A stretch of 64,000 nt of DNA from Lytechinus pictus (taxonomy: Eukaryota): contig NW_026974140.1 of NCBI RefSeq assembly GCF_037042905.1, forward strand, positions 1,490,001-1,554,000, read 5' to 3'. Of this stretch, positions 38,301 to 50,739 are shown piece by piece (position 1 is the stretch's first letter; the number at the start of each line of letters is the position of its first letter). Under the pieces are notes generated by a model. That model had not been told where the DNA came from, made no database searches, and worked only from the letters and a program-made list of their open reading frames with translations. Made by a program: the position numbers and the translations under genes.

Positions 38301-40056
38301 CTTTTAGTTCATTATTGGTTTTATCATTTGAAGTGATTATGTTTCCGTCAACTTTTCAACGCAAAATTTTTCATCTGGGAGAGAAAAGGAAATAAGATGA
38401 AGAGCTTCTAAAACCTAACCTATTATAAATTCATTCAGTAAAATGACATGAATTAACAAATTGTGATTTTTTTTTGCCGCTTCACCCCCGCCCCACAGCT
38501 CAACCCCTGCACCATAAAAAATTGCTGTCCCTGCATGTATAACATATTTTTTCCAAATATTTGCTAACCATGGTAAGCGCCCCAAATGCGATTTTTTTTT
38601 TGGGGGGGGGGTCGTAACGGGGAAATGAAGTGGCCAGGACTGTCTTTATTCTCATCTTTTCTACTGCGTTACTCGCAATTAAAAACAGAAAATCGGAGAG
38701 AGGAGACAAACAAGCAATATTAGAGTGTAGGTCAGAACATTTCCATCGGGGGGGGGGGGGGGGGGGCAAGGTCAAACAAGAATAATGATAAAAAGTCTTC
38801 AGTTTGGCAAGGGTCTGAGGACCGAGTTGCGACAAACAAACGTTGTGGGATTTTTAAAAAGTAATCTAACCAAAAAATAAAGTCATGTTGTTATTCGTTT
38901 AAGTAGATATTCAAGGAATTTCAGCAAAAGCGCACTTGTCTATTTCCATTTTTATCTCTGTCTTTCATTCTCTCTCGTTCTCCGTGACATCTGAACATAT
39001 TTTTTTTAAATTTAATTTCCCTAAATGATTCTTCGTTCATCCTTATATGCATCATCACACAGGGGAAGCGCTTTTATGCAAAATGAATCACTGACGGATG
39101 TCATAAGCCCCTGTGTTATCGGTAAATGGGACATTTTTTTTTATAGGTATGTTGGTCGAAAAAAAGTATTCATAAAAGCTTTTTGTATTGCTAAGTACGA
39201 AAAGCATTCATCGGGTCATCCTGCCGATAAACACTAATCTTCCTTTTGTTCGGGGCGTTGACCATCTGTATCCTGCTCTTTTCGGAAGGAATTTGAGTGG
39301 CCGCCCAGACATTCTTTTGTTTGGATAGTGCCGATATCATGAACTACATGGACGTTTCCCTTTTGAAAAGAGCAGAAGATGAATGGTTTGCTAACAGCTT
39401 TCTTTTCTCTTTTTTTTGAATAGTAGACAAAAATAATGAGAAGAGGGATGATGGGGAGGCGAAAAGTGCACCAAGATCAGCTCAAAGTACTAAGACATTA
39501 CAAGCGTTTTGTTTTTCTGAAAATACAATCGATCGATGAAACCAAGGAGATATCATTCTTTCTAGAGTGATATATTCTTGATTAAACAAATAAGACAAAA
39601 ATGGTAAATAAACGCGTAGCTTATTACGTGACGATCTTGCAGAAAAGATGTTATACCGGTAGCTTATATCTATCAGAACAACGATATGGATCAAATCACG
39701 TGATCAGAACAGATCACGTGAGCAGAACAGATCACGTGATCAGGCCTTGTACGCGCGCGTACGTGCTCGTCACAAAATTTATCCTCCCCGTCAGACTCCA
39801 ACGAAAAAATCGGGTAAAGTTGAAATGATTTCCTATTTTCGGGATTTTTCCCCACGTAGCGGTATATTTTTTTCAATCTGTTATCGAAATTGGTTTATAA
39901 AGAAAATAGTGGCAGAGATTTTAGTACATAACAATTACGAAAAAGCGGGAAAACTTCATTGAATTAAACCAAACATATCTCGGCTTCTGTAGAAGCCCGT
40001 CGTAGCTAAGTGAAAGACTCGCTGGGCTTCTGTGGAAGCCCGTCGCACGCAAAGGG
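35371..40056. mobile_element. 4.7-kb piggyBac-type non-autonomous element
   Basis: TTAA TSD (35367-35370, 40057-40060); 13-bp TIR CCCTTTGCGTGCG; subterminal repeats GGCTTCTGT(A/G)GAAGCCCGTCG at ~39982 and ~40025; removing it restores the LINE reading frame. Confidence 0.92.
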
Positions 40057-40060
40057 TTAA

Positions 40061-41837
40061 AAGTGGTAAATGAAATTCACCCAATCGCCTTGTTGGATAG
40101 TTGTGAATGGATTGATTTTTTGGAAAAATTGAATTAAATACATTTGGGAGGTTGTTGTTGTTATAGTTATACATAAACTGACCGAGATTAAACAAATATA
40201 AGTCTTTAATTTTCAATATTTTATTAAAAAAAAATAATGGGTCAGTATGAGACAAATATGCAGTATGACATATAATACGTAGAGATTTCTTTTGTAATAG
40301 GAGTAATTTGTCTAAGAGTGTTTGTTGTGTATTATCCCACGCTAAAATTCCATAATTTAAATAAGGCAATATAAGGGATGAATATAATGTCAGCAGAGAC
40401 GATAATGGTAAACAAAATTTAAGCTTGTTAATTATACCAATGTTGCGTGAAATAGTTTTACATATGTTATCTATGTGAAATTTCCATGAGAGCTTATTAT
40501 CGACTATTATTCCAAGAAACTTAATATGGGATACATTTTCCAAGGGAGTTCCATCAAAAATAATATCAACAGGAAGTGTATTTATAGAGTTGCTAAACAA
40601 CATATATTTTGTTTTTTGAAGATTTAGTGACAATTTATTTGCTCTTATCCATTCGGTGACATTTTCTAGTTATACGAGTTGATTATATTAGCAAGGTGAA
40701 GAGGATTTTTATGTGAAAAAAATAAGTTGGAGTCGTCCGCAAAGAGAATGCAAGAAAGAACATCTGATGATCTACAAAAATCATTAATATAAACTATAAA
40801 CAAAATCGGGCCTAAAAGACTACCCTGGGGAACTCCACAATTAATTTTTTTCATTTGAGAATTGCAACCGTTTAAAAAGACATATTGCTTCCTATTCATG
40901 AGGTAGCTCCTGAACCACTCCAAGGCCTTCCCACGCACTCCATAATGATGTAATTTGTTAAGTAAAATATCATGATTAATGGTGTCGAAGGCCTTGGAGA
41001 AGTCCAGGAACAAACCAATTAAATGAGAAGATTTATCGATTGAATGTGCCGCTTTTTCAATGAAACTCAATAATGCATGTGTGGTGCTATGCTTTTCCCT
41101 AAATCCAAATTGCGAATTTGAAAAAATATTATTTGATTTGAAAAAATTTACAGTTCTTTTATAAATAATCTTTTCAAGTATTTTCGACAAAGTAGATAAC
41201 AAAGAAATTGGGCGGTAATTATTAACATCTAATTTATCACCCTTTTTAAACAAAGGAATGACTTTTGCAATTTTCATGCTCTCGGGGACAATGCCGTTAA
41301 GAAGTGACAGATTGAATATATGAGTTAGGGGATCCGCAATGGACGATATTACCCCCTTAAGAAGAAAATTATTGATGTCATCATGTCCTGTACTTTTTTT
41401 AGAACTAAAATCAGAAACAATATTAATTATCTCCTGATTATAAGTTGGAGCGAGAAACATTGAACTAGAATTTGGTGGGCCTAAAAATTCAGAAAAGTGT
41501 TTTGTTGCGGGAGGAATATTACCTGCAAGATTTTCCCCAATTGAAGAAAAGTGATTATTCAGGATACTACAAATTTGGTGAGAATCTTCAAAAATAACAT
41601 CGCCAGATCTAACTTTTGTAATATTAGATTTGTTATTTGTTATATTCATTACTTGTTTTAAAACTTTCCATGTATTTTGCATATCACGCTTGTAAAGTTG
41701 TAACTGATTAGTAAAGTATCTTTTCTTTTCTAAACGTATAATTTTTGTCAATGTATTTTTGTAACAAGTATATTTAAGTTTGGATTGCTCAGAGCGTTTC
41801 ATTTTGTATTTATAATATAAATTATTCTTCCTATTTA
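40061..41837 (-). pseudogene. 5'-truncated CR1-group non-LTR retrotransposon reverse transcriptase
   Basis: YRPISLL, QFGFR, FLDFSKAFDTI, GVPQGSLLGP, FADD and KFLG motifs in ORFs 40666-41886 and 39956-40633; one frameshift near 40670. Confidence 0.95.
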
Positions 41838-42638
41838 TGCTATATTGATTCGCGTGATGCATGTGAGACCGCCAGAGGCATTCCACTTGTTAACACTTTG
41901 TAACTGTTTTTAACACGGACATATTTACAATGTATGTACTAAACACACATCAGCATGGGGGTTTGTGGAGCATATTATTGCACATGTTTTGCACTATTTT
42001 TGCTTCTCTGTAATGCTGTGGAAGTGTTTGAAGCATCTTCTGATCGAGAATTCAACGACCCGCGATTCGCGAAAAATTCTGTACACGATAAAAACAATGG
42101 CTGCAATATGAAGCCAATTTAGACTTAAATCTAACCACAAGGCTTGCAACATAGCCTACGGGTTACATCTAGAAGCAATTTACTGCATGCAGAGCTCTGG
42201 AGGATCTGCTAGGACTGCTTTAATGCAAGTTAAATTTCTCCCGTCATGCCTGCCACTATTTTGGCTGAATCCATCATAAGGCTTACATGTAACTTTAACA
42301 TGTGCGCCATGTACATGTACTACAAGTCTACAACCTAGATCAATACTTGATTTACAAATTGCATTAATTACTATTGGTGTTTGTATGCATCAACAAAACA
42401 TAGCCCATGTGTGCTATGAAAAGTCTAAACACACATCTCTGTACAACATCTCTTGAAGTATATGATACTCATTGTAGCTCATTTTAAGTTTTGTGCATTC
42501 TGCTTTATACAGAGCACTGAAGGGTGATATCATCCAGTGGCGACCGCACAGAAGCATTGTTAGCGTACCAGAAAGCTAACATTAGGGCCAGTCACAGCTT
42601 TCACGGGCGACCACCGCTAGACCCATTGTTTTCACTAA

Positions 42639-44515
42639 TATGCTTTTCACACTGCACTTTTTGTCTCACCTGCATAGCAGAGTGAGACTATAGGCGCCGC
42701 TTTTCCGACGGCGACGGCGACGGCGGCGTCAACACCAAATCTTAACCTGAGGTTAAGTTTTTGAAATGACAGCATAACTTAGAAAGTATATGGACCTAGT
42801 TCATGAAACTTGGCCATAAGGTTAATCAAGTATTACTGAACATCCTGCCTGAGTTTCATGTCACATGACCAAGGTCAAAGGTCATTTAGGGTCAATGAAC
42901 TTAGACCATGTTGGGGGAATCAACATCAAAATCTTAACCTAAGGTTAAGTTTTTGAAATGTCATCATAACTTAGAAAATATATGGACCTAGTTCATGAAA
43001 CTTATACATAAGGTTAATCAAGTATCACTGAACATCCTGCATGAGTTTCACATCACATGACCAAGGTCAAAGGTCATTTAGGGTCAATGAACTTTGGCCG
43101 AATTGGGGGTATCTGTTGAATTACCATCATAACTTTGAAAGTTTATGGATCTGATTCATGAAACTTGGACATAATAGTAATCAAGTATTACTGAACATCC
43201 TGTGCAAGTTTCAGGTCACATGATCAAGGTCAAAGGTCATTTAGGGTCAATGAACTTTGGCCAAATTGGGGTATTTGTTGAATTACAGCCATAAATTTGA
43301 AAGTGTGTTGGTCTAGTTCATAAAACTTGGACATAATAGTAATCAAGTATCACTGAACATCCTGTGCGAGTTTCAGGTCACATGATCAAGGTCAAAGGTC
43401 ATGTAAGGTCAAAGAACTTTGGCCACGTTGGGGGTATTTGTTGAATTGCCATCATATCTCTATAAGTGTATTGGTCTAGTTCATAAAACGTGGAAATAAG
43501 AGTAACCAAGTATCACTGAACATCTTGTGCGAGTTATAGTAGTTTTCAAAATCAGCACTGCTGCTATATTGAATCGCGTGATGCAGGTGAGACGGCCAGA
43601 GGCATTCCACTTGTTTTCCTTTAACCCCGGGAAATTGGTGGGGCTAAGGGGGGGTCTTAGCCCCACCAATTTCCCGGGGGTTTAGCTTAGCCCACTACGT
43701 TTTCACACTACGTTTTAGCAAAGTGGGCTAGCACGGTAAATAGTACGGTACTATCTGGCCCTGCAAAAAAGCAGGGTTAGCTGACTTATTGTGGTGCTAG
43801 CACCACAATAAGCCAGTTCGTAGTTCCTATCTGCGCATGATCAAAAGATTCTACGCATGATCAGAGGAAGGTCATTTGTACTAAAGTGACATGGTGGTTT
43901 AAAATCTAATGAGATAAGCACCAACTTTGATGTCTTGATTTACATCTACAAAAAACAACAACGCGTCCACGAACGACTGGTTTACACAGTTTGCCAAGTA
44001 CATTGTGCAACATGCTATGATATGCATTCAAAGTAGGAATGCAACAAATACCTTCATAAAGTGTTCATTGGTGTGCTATTCTAGTCACCTGGTCTATTCA
44101 ATTTCTTCATCCTGCTATGTAAGGCAAGCTTACGTAATATTTTGCTTTGAAATCTGCCTATCATAATGAAAGAAATGAAAGGTCATTTGACCGAAAATTG
44201 TCCATGAGTCACTGCGAACTGGTCTATTGCGGTGCTCAGAGAATGCAGTGTGAAAACGAACAGGGCTAAGGAAAGTGGGGCTAAGCATTTAGCCAATCAC
44301 GGAAGTCGAATTGCACGTTAATCACGCTCTGTATGGTAAAATCATCAATATTCATGAGCTGAGGAATAGTACAGGGTTAATGCATTATCCCCGGCTGAGC
44401 AGATAGTATGGGGTTAAGAAAGACAGTGTGAATAAAAAAAAAGATAGTATGGGGTTAAGGATAGTCCAGGGTTAAGGATAGTATGGGGTTAAGGAAATGC
44501 AGTGGGAAAAGCATA
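42639..44515. mobile_element. PIF/Harbinger-type MITE with a HINE inserted in its left TIR
   Basis: TIR TATGCTTTTCACACTGCA..TTCCTT(T)AACCCC / GGGGTTAAGGAAATGCAGTGGGAAAAGCATA; TAA TSD at 42636-42638 and 44516-44518. Confidence 0.85.
42658..43615 (+). mobile_element. Intact Helentron/HINE (DINE-1-like) element with central tandem repeats
   Basis: Subterminal IR GTCTCACCTGCAT (42663-42675) / ATGCAGGTGAGAC (43581-43593), (GACGGC/GGC)n microsatellite, five 160-190 bp tandem units; inserted in a T run with no TSD. Confidence 0.8.
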
Positions 44516-44756
44516 TAACAGAGCACTAAAAGTAGGCCTACCGGTATCGATAAACTCACGGAAGCTTACGGTAGTCGAATTCCTAATAATCTAACAATAA
44601 AAGGCTTAGCAGAAGCTAACAGTGGCGCTAATGTTAATATAAATCACTTACAGTGCCAAGGGCACCAATAGAGATGATGTTAGTGAATAATTTCTCTCTT
44701 TAAAACTTGTCTCCCTTTCTTATACCAAGTAATTTATAATATACCTCGACCGAATA

Positions 44757-45256
44757 AAAGGGGTATTCTGGGCCCAACAATATATGAATAAATTGAGTAA
44801 AATTAGATGAGCAAATTGCTGAAAATTCATCAAAATCTGCCGTGATAGAAAATAACAAAATTCTTGAATATTAAAAATTAAACACTGTATTTTGCAACTG
44901 ATATTACTGAGCAGCATGTGGCCATGAATATGCAATAAATGGAACGATGATGCCATATCCTCTAGCTCTTTCCCCTTTTTCTGATTTTATTGAAAATTTG
45001 AAATGAATTCGTAATTGTCTCAAATTCATATTCTGTGTGGACAAAATTTAAATAAACCTAATTTTGTATGATACAACAGACCCTCATTGCATATTCCTGG
45101 AGACATGAATTTCACCTAAATAGGGCCTAATGCAAAATTTTAAGAAACCATATTTTTTTCTACTCATTTCCAATTTTTATAAATTTGTCAGTGTTTTTTT
45201 TGTCTCACCTTACTGTTCGAACCATATTATTTTCTTCAGCCTGGAGTACCCCTTTA
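44757..45256. mobile_element. Eroded MITE related to the TTAA 600-bp family
   Basis: Termini AAAGGGGTATTCTGGGC / GCCTGGAGTACCCCTTT; internal CTGAAAATTCATCAAAATC motif shared with that family. Confidence 0.55.
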
Positions 45257-46907
45257 GGAATAGGTATATGGCGGGGGATGTTGATTAGTGCCAAGACATA
45301 TGATCCTTTTCAAAGATTTTTTCTTCCAAGATATATCATTTATTTAGGTGTTTGAAGACATTTTTTATAAATAGACCCTACATTAGAAAGAAGAAAATTA
45401 GCTGATGAAATTTATCGCATGATAACCATCATTGGCAAATACTCTATCATGAGCATGATGAGTGAAGTCTGTGAAGAGCATTTTCAAACAAAAGAAACTG
45501 ATGAAAAGTGGGATTGCATTTTTTGTACAGAATCTCCATCGTAATATCATGATAGGAAATTTTTTTGATCTTTTTTAAGCTTATTTGGTATTTAAAAAAT
45601 GAAATTAGTAATACTACCTGCTGCCATTTCATGTTTAAAATGTAATAATAATTCAATTTTGTAGGCCTATATGATAATGAATTACATTCCTTTACCCTTT
45701 CCTAGACAAGATTTTAAACTTGTAGGATGTGCAAATAATCATAATTTTAACTAAATCTAAGTTAAATCTAGATCACTACCAAGACTACGCACAAATTATA
45801 GAATCTGCCTAACTCTAATCCCCTAACAAAAGCTTTCTCTGCCTTCTGTGCAGTAATTCTACCCATGTTGTTAAGAGCTGATTTGTTAATGGATAATACT
45901 ATACAGATTGTGATGTCAAGCGTTGATCTCAGTCAGATGTAAATAATGCGAGATTTCCGGTTGTAACAGGGGCCCTTTGTTAGCGCAGTGTTAGTGAATG
46001 TTACGCTAACAGCGTTTCTTTGCGGTCGATACAGGACGGTTATATTCTGTGGTGTTTAATGCCTTTGCTAACATGTACAATGGGTGACTTCAAGTATGAT
46101 GTTGAAATCTGGTGTTGCTATTAGTATTGTGTCAACACTAACACCAGCCACAACACTGTAGGCCTACTTGAAATCAGGGTGGTGTTGGGATTGACGTTGG
46201 ATATTTCCGGCAGTTTGTGTTGAGCGCTGGTGTTGAATGCTGTCTGCTTAACCCAGCATACTGGTGTTCACGATCTACTTGCTATTTCCCCTTTTACCAA
46301 CACCATGCAATCCCCAGGGATATGGGAAATTATGATTTCAAGTTCGGTGTTGGATTGGTGTTTGACGAACGGGCAACAAACAGGATGAAACGTAAATTAA
46401 CTTTCACTATAGGGCCGTCTGCACCATCCCTAGTTTTCAAATTAGCGCGTTATTTCTGAGCCGGCAAATTATCCCGATCTGAAAAATCTCGAGATTGTTT
46501 GCAATGGAGACGCAATTATCGCGCTAGTTCGCAGGATTAATCTCCAGATTGCAATCCCAAGTCAACTCGGGTTTATTTGCAAAATAGCGCGCTATTTTAC
46601 GAATTATCCCGCTAATTCGCAGGTGCAGACGCACTCGAGATTGGACTCGGGGTAATTTATTCATGATGTCAGTCCATAATGCAATTTGCGTTCCACTTCC
46701 GCCTTGGTCAAAACATAAACACATTGCGATCGTACCGAACACATGCACGCGAATATACCTTATTGCACATAGCGTTCATCGTTTCCCCAATCAGCAACTA
46801 TGGTGTCCCACCAGTGAATGGATTTTGGGAGAGACCAGACCGATGGGGGAAGGCGCTCATTATCGACGATGGTCATGGTCAATAACAACACTGACAGCAG
46901 TGTCGTC

Positions 46908-48545
46908 TTATTTATTTATTTATTTATTTATTTATTCATTGCAACCATGACAGTTGGATTATTGACAATGCAAAGTAGTAGGCCTACAATTAAATACACA
47001 ATTACATATGAAAGAAATATTTAAAAACTGGTGAGAAATTTGTAACAATATAGTACTGTACTTTAATACCAAAACAAACAGGGAAATAACCAGCATAAAA
47101 AGGAAAACGGAATATGAAGAATAAGCAGGGAATGAAAACAAGAATATCTATTCAAAGTTGAAAAAATACTCGCATGGAACAGGGGGGGGGGGGCAAAAAA
47201 CCTGAACCGCATTTCTTTATAAATGGTCAAACCACAGATCATTCAGAATAAATTAGGATAGTTAATAGGTAATTCGGATGGGGAGGAGGAAGAGATGGGG
47301 AGAATGTAATAAGGAATATGAGAAAGAAAAAAGAAAGGAGAAGAAAAAGAAGAAAAGGAAGAAGAAAAAGAAGATGAATATGAAGGAGAAGCAGAAGAAG
47401 AGAAAAAAGGAAGTTGAAAAAAGGAAGTAGAAAGAGGAGGGGGAGTATGAAAAAGGGTAAGGGGTCAAAAAGGAGAAGGAAGGAGGAAAGAAAGAAAGAA
47501 AATAAGGAGAGAGAGAGAGAGAGAGAGAAGAGGAGGAAGAGGGGAAGGGAGCATAAAGAATGAACCTGGAAGATATTACACATTTTTATTTGTATCACTT
47601 TCAAGTATACAGAACATGATAGCAAATCTGGGAATACGCAATATTTAAATATAAAAATGTATGTATAACATCAAGAGACTGCTTGATCCTTTCAACTGGG
47701 TTATAAACAAACTCATTGTCTAATGCGCTAGAGACTATTCTTGTTATTGAAGGTTGTACAGACACCAGGGGATAAAACTCTGTTTGTACCTCTTTAGGTG
47801 GTTTCAAACCGCCTCGATCACAAGAATCCCCGTTAAATTACGAGAACTTTTTTAGGCTGAAAAATACCCATTAATTATTCCTGCATTCACACCGCCCTGA
47901 AACATACCCTTCGGGATAAGTTCCTGAAGTTACGAGCATGCGCAGTATGGTCTGATAAGCAGCAAGGCGCGAAATTCAAAATCACTAGCCCAGCAGCAAC
48001 CCATGCACGGCGCCGCACCCAACAACACGCTGGGCTAAAAGTTCCTGTAATTTGCTTTCAGACCGCCAAAATACCCACGACCTTGGAAAAATCCCCGCGA
48101 AAGTTCTCGTAATTTCGCCAAGTACCTACTATTTATCGGGTATTTTCTTTCGGGGATATTACGCGTAGTTTGCTTTCAGACCGCCAAAATACCTGGTATT
48201 TTCTGATCGGGGTAAATTTCCCGATCAGAGAATACCTGGAACTGGCGAACTTCGAGGCGGTCTGAAACCACCTTTTGTTTTACACGTTGGCAAGGGAAAT
48301 TGTTTTCTGTTCCTAAAATCATACTTATACTCTTTCTTTGATGGAAGGAGGTTATTTAAGATATGATCTGACTTTTTGCAATTGGAGGAATTGCTTTTCA
48401 CACATGATTTTCCTGCGGTCGGATAACAATTCTAAGTTTAATTCTTTGAGTGCCTCAGTATACGATAATTGTGGGTTGATTATACGTATTGCTCGTTTTT
48501 GTACAGATTCCAGTAATTGTGATTGTTCGTTTGTTAACCCCCCTT
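46908..48545 (-). pseudogene. 3' fragment of a non-LTR retrotransposon (post-RT region, 3' UTR, (AATA)n tail)
   Basis: GLTNEQSQLLESVQKRAIRIINPQLSYTEALKELNLELLSDRR, then PTCKTKRYKQSFIP after removing the 47796-48273 MITE; (TTTA)n tail at 46908-46936; purine-rich tract 47280-47555. Confidence 0.85.
47796..48273. mobile_element. Harbinger-type MITE
   Basis: TIR AGGTGGTTTCAAACCGCCTCGA / TCGAGGCGGTCTGAAACCACCT; 3-bp TSD TTT confirmed by the restored LINE frame. Confidence 0.9.
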
Positions 48546-49415
48546 CGCAAAATGTGAGCAAATCTATAGCATTTCTTTCCTCAGGACTCTCTCTCTTTCG
48601 TTGCCTCCTTCTCCGCCATGACATTAAAACCATCATATTTAACGAAGAATACATCACTTCTTCACTCGCTGAGCGCGGCTGAGCTGAGAGGATTGTTGCA
48701 TAACACCGGTCGAATTCGGCAAAAGTGCTAGTGAAAGGAGTACATTGATTGCATATCGCGGGAAGCAATTCATAAGCGCGCGCCGTTGAAACTCCAAGAT
48801 CCGAAAGTGCGCATGCTCGGAATATCCGGCCTGTTGCCTCGCTCGAGCAGGAATCGCTCTTCTTGCGATGGTGGAGACGGGGTTTCTTGAATCTCGAGAT
48901 TAATCGCGAAGAGGGCCGATCAGGCTAAAATCTTGAGATTGAGCAAACTCGGGATGGTGCAGCACCACCTTATTAAATCTTTCCAGCAATAATATTTATT
49001 TAATGAAAACTTGACTTACTCTTGGATTATGCACAGTGATTTTGCCTTTGCATTCAATGCAATATAGATTTCACTGCAATTTCTCATTAGGAGACAGGCC
49101 CGTTTGAATTTTTCTGAGTTTTTACTTTCAAACTCGGGATCGAAACATTGAGATGGAATCAACTGCACCCGCTTAGTCCTCTTTGCAAACCATAGAATGC
49201 CCTCGAGCGCTACGGATAACCGCAGATAATATTAAGCAGTGACTGAATTGCTATACTGCATCACCCGGCGTGGTGAATGAAAGTCTCCATGCCAAAAACT
49301 GTATTAATTGTAAATGGTAAAGTTGCCAACGAAAATTCATATCCCGAAATAAACTTTGAAGCATGAAAAATGGACCAGAAGAAGTTGGGATATTGCAATG
49401 AAATAATGAACAATC

Positions 49416-50735
49416 TAATAATAATAATGTGGCTTATAAAGCGCCAAATCCACACTCAAGGCTCAATGCGCATAAAGAGCTAAGAGTTAAATAAAAAAGT
49501 TTTTAGAAGGTTTTTGAAAGTTTAGACAGAGGTACATTTTTTTATGTCTTCAGGAAGGCTATTCCACAAAGTGGGGCATGCAAAAGCAAATGATCTTTCC
49601 CCCCAAGTTTTTGAAACTTTTGGAATGACAAGGAAGCCAGAGGTGGATGAGCGCAAAGACCTGCTTGGTCTGTAGTGATTGATAAATAAAAAAATGTATT
49701 GTGGTGCTGATCCAAGAAAACTATGAAAGGCAAGCAACAAAATCTTAAAGATAATCCGATTATTGATAGGGAGCCAGTGTAGCGAATTCAAGATGGGAGT
49801 GATATGAGAGCGTTTACTTGACAAAGTTACAATGCGAGCAGCTGCATTCTGAAGCTTCTGAAGCTTACGTAACTGAGCCTGCGGTAAATTAAACAAAAGG
49901 ACATTACAGAAATCAAGGCGGGAGGAAATCAAGGCATGTACTATCTTTTCGGTCGTGGACTTAGATAAATATTTCCGGATAAATCCTAAGTTGCGAAGAT
50001 GATACCGAACTGATTTGCAGATATTTGAAATATGGGAAGACATTGTCATGTGTGAATCAAAAGTTACTCCAAGGTTACGGCAAGTCTGAGACAAATGAAT
50101 TGTGTGGCCAGAAAATGAAAAGGAATTGACATCAATTTTGTTGAGCTGCACTTTAGAGCCAAACATAAGAAATTCACACTGATCTAAATTTAGTTTCAAG
50201 GAATGGGTTTGCATCCAGTCGTGAACATCAATCATACATGATTGAAGACAACGAATAGCATTATCAGCTGCTTGCTGAGTTGAATCAAAAGAAATCATAA
50301 GTTGAATGTCGTCAGCGTAAATATGGTAGTCAATTCCGTGACGGAGTATTACTTGCCGCAATCCAATCATATAAATTGAGAAAAGGGTCGGTCCGCCCAC
50401 AGAGCCCTGCGGTACGCCATGGGTCAGAGGTGAAGCAGATGATTGACAGCCATTTATACATACAATCTGTGAATGGGAAGAAAGATAGGATTCAAACCAC
50501 TTGAATGCTTCACCTCTGACACCAAACAAACTTAAAGTATTCAGCATGATAGTATGGTTTACTGTGTCGAAGGCGGAGGATAGATCGAGTAAGAGTAAAG
50601 CAGTCACACGCCCTCTGTCCATCTCTTGGAGGATATGATTTGAGGTGCTCACAAGAAGGGTTTCCACACTGGTAGGGTCTGTAGGCAGATTGAAATGGGT
50701 CAAACAGATTATTTACTATCAATAACTGGGATATA
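49416..50735 (-). pseudogene. L2-group LINE: RT domain, C-terminus and 3' end
   Basis: NNLFDPFQSAYR, LLDLSSAFDTV, GVPQGSVGGP, YADD, SRLDFCN and LHWLP motifs; frameshift near 50670; L2-like 3' end GCGCATTGAG...GGCGCTTTATAAG(CCAC)(ATT)n. Confidence 0.93.
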
Positions 50736-50739
50736 CTCA

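Larger units (their letters stand above)
46411..48970. mobile_element. PIF/Harbinger-type element containing a LINE fragment
   Basis: Imperfect TIR AGGGCCGTCTGCACCATCCCTAGTTT / AAACTCGGGATGGTGCAGCACCACCT; TAT TSD at 46408-46410 and 48971-48973. Confidence 0.78.

Noticed and set aside
41838..41886. ATG start of the 406-aa RT ORF
   Set aside because: The first residues come from the antisense HINE tail; the LINE is 5'-truncated at ~41837.
47239..47625. Hydrophobic 128-aa ORF resembling a membrane protein
   Set aside because: It is the translation of a low-complexity purine/pyrimidine tract in a LINE 3' region.
48546..48768. 138-aa ORF 48352-48768 as one protein
   Set aside because: It is a chance fusion of Harbinger-element sequence with a LINE fragment at ~48545.
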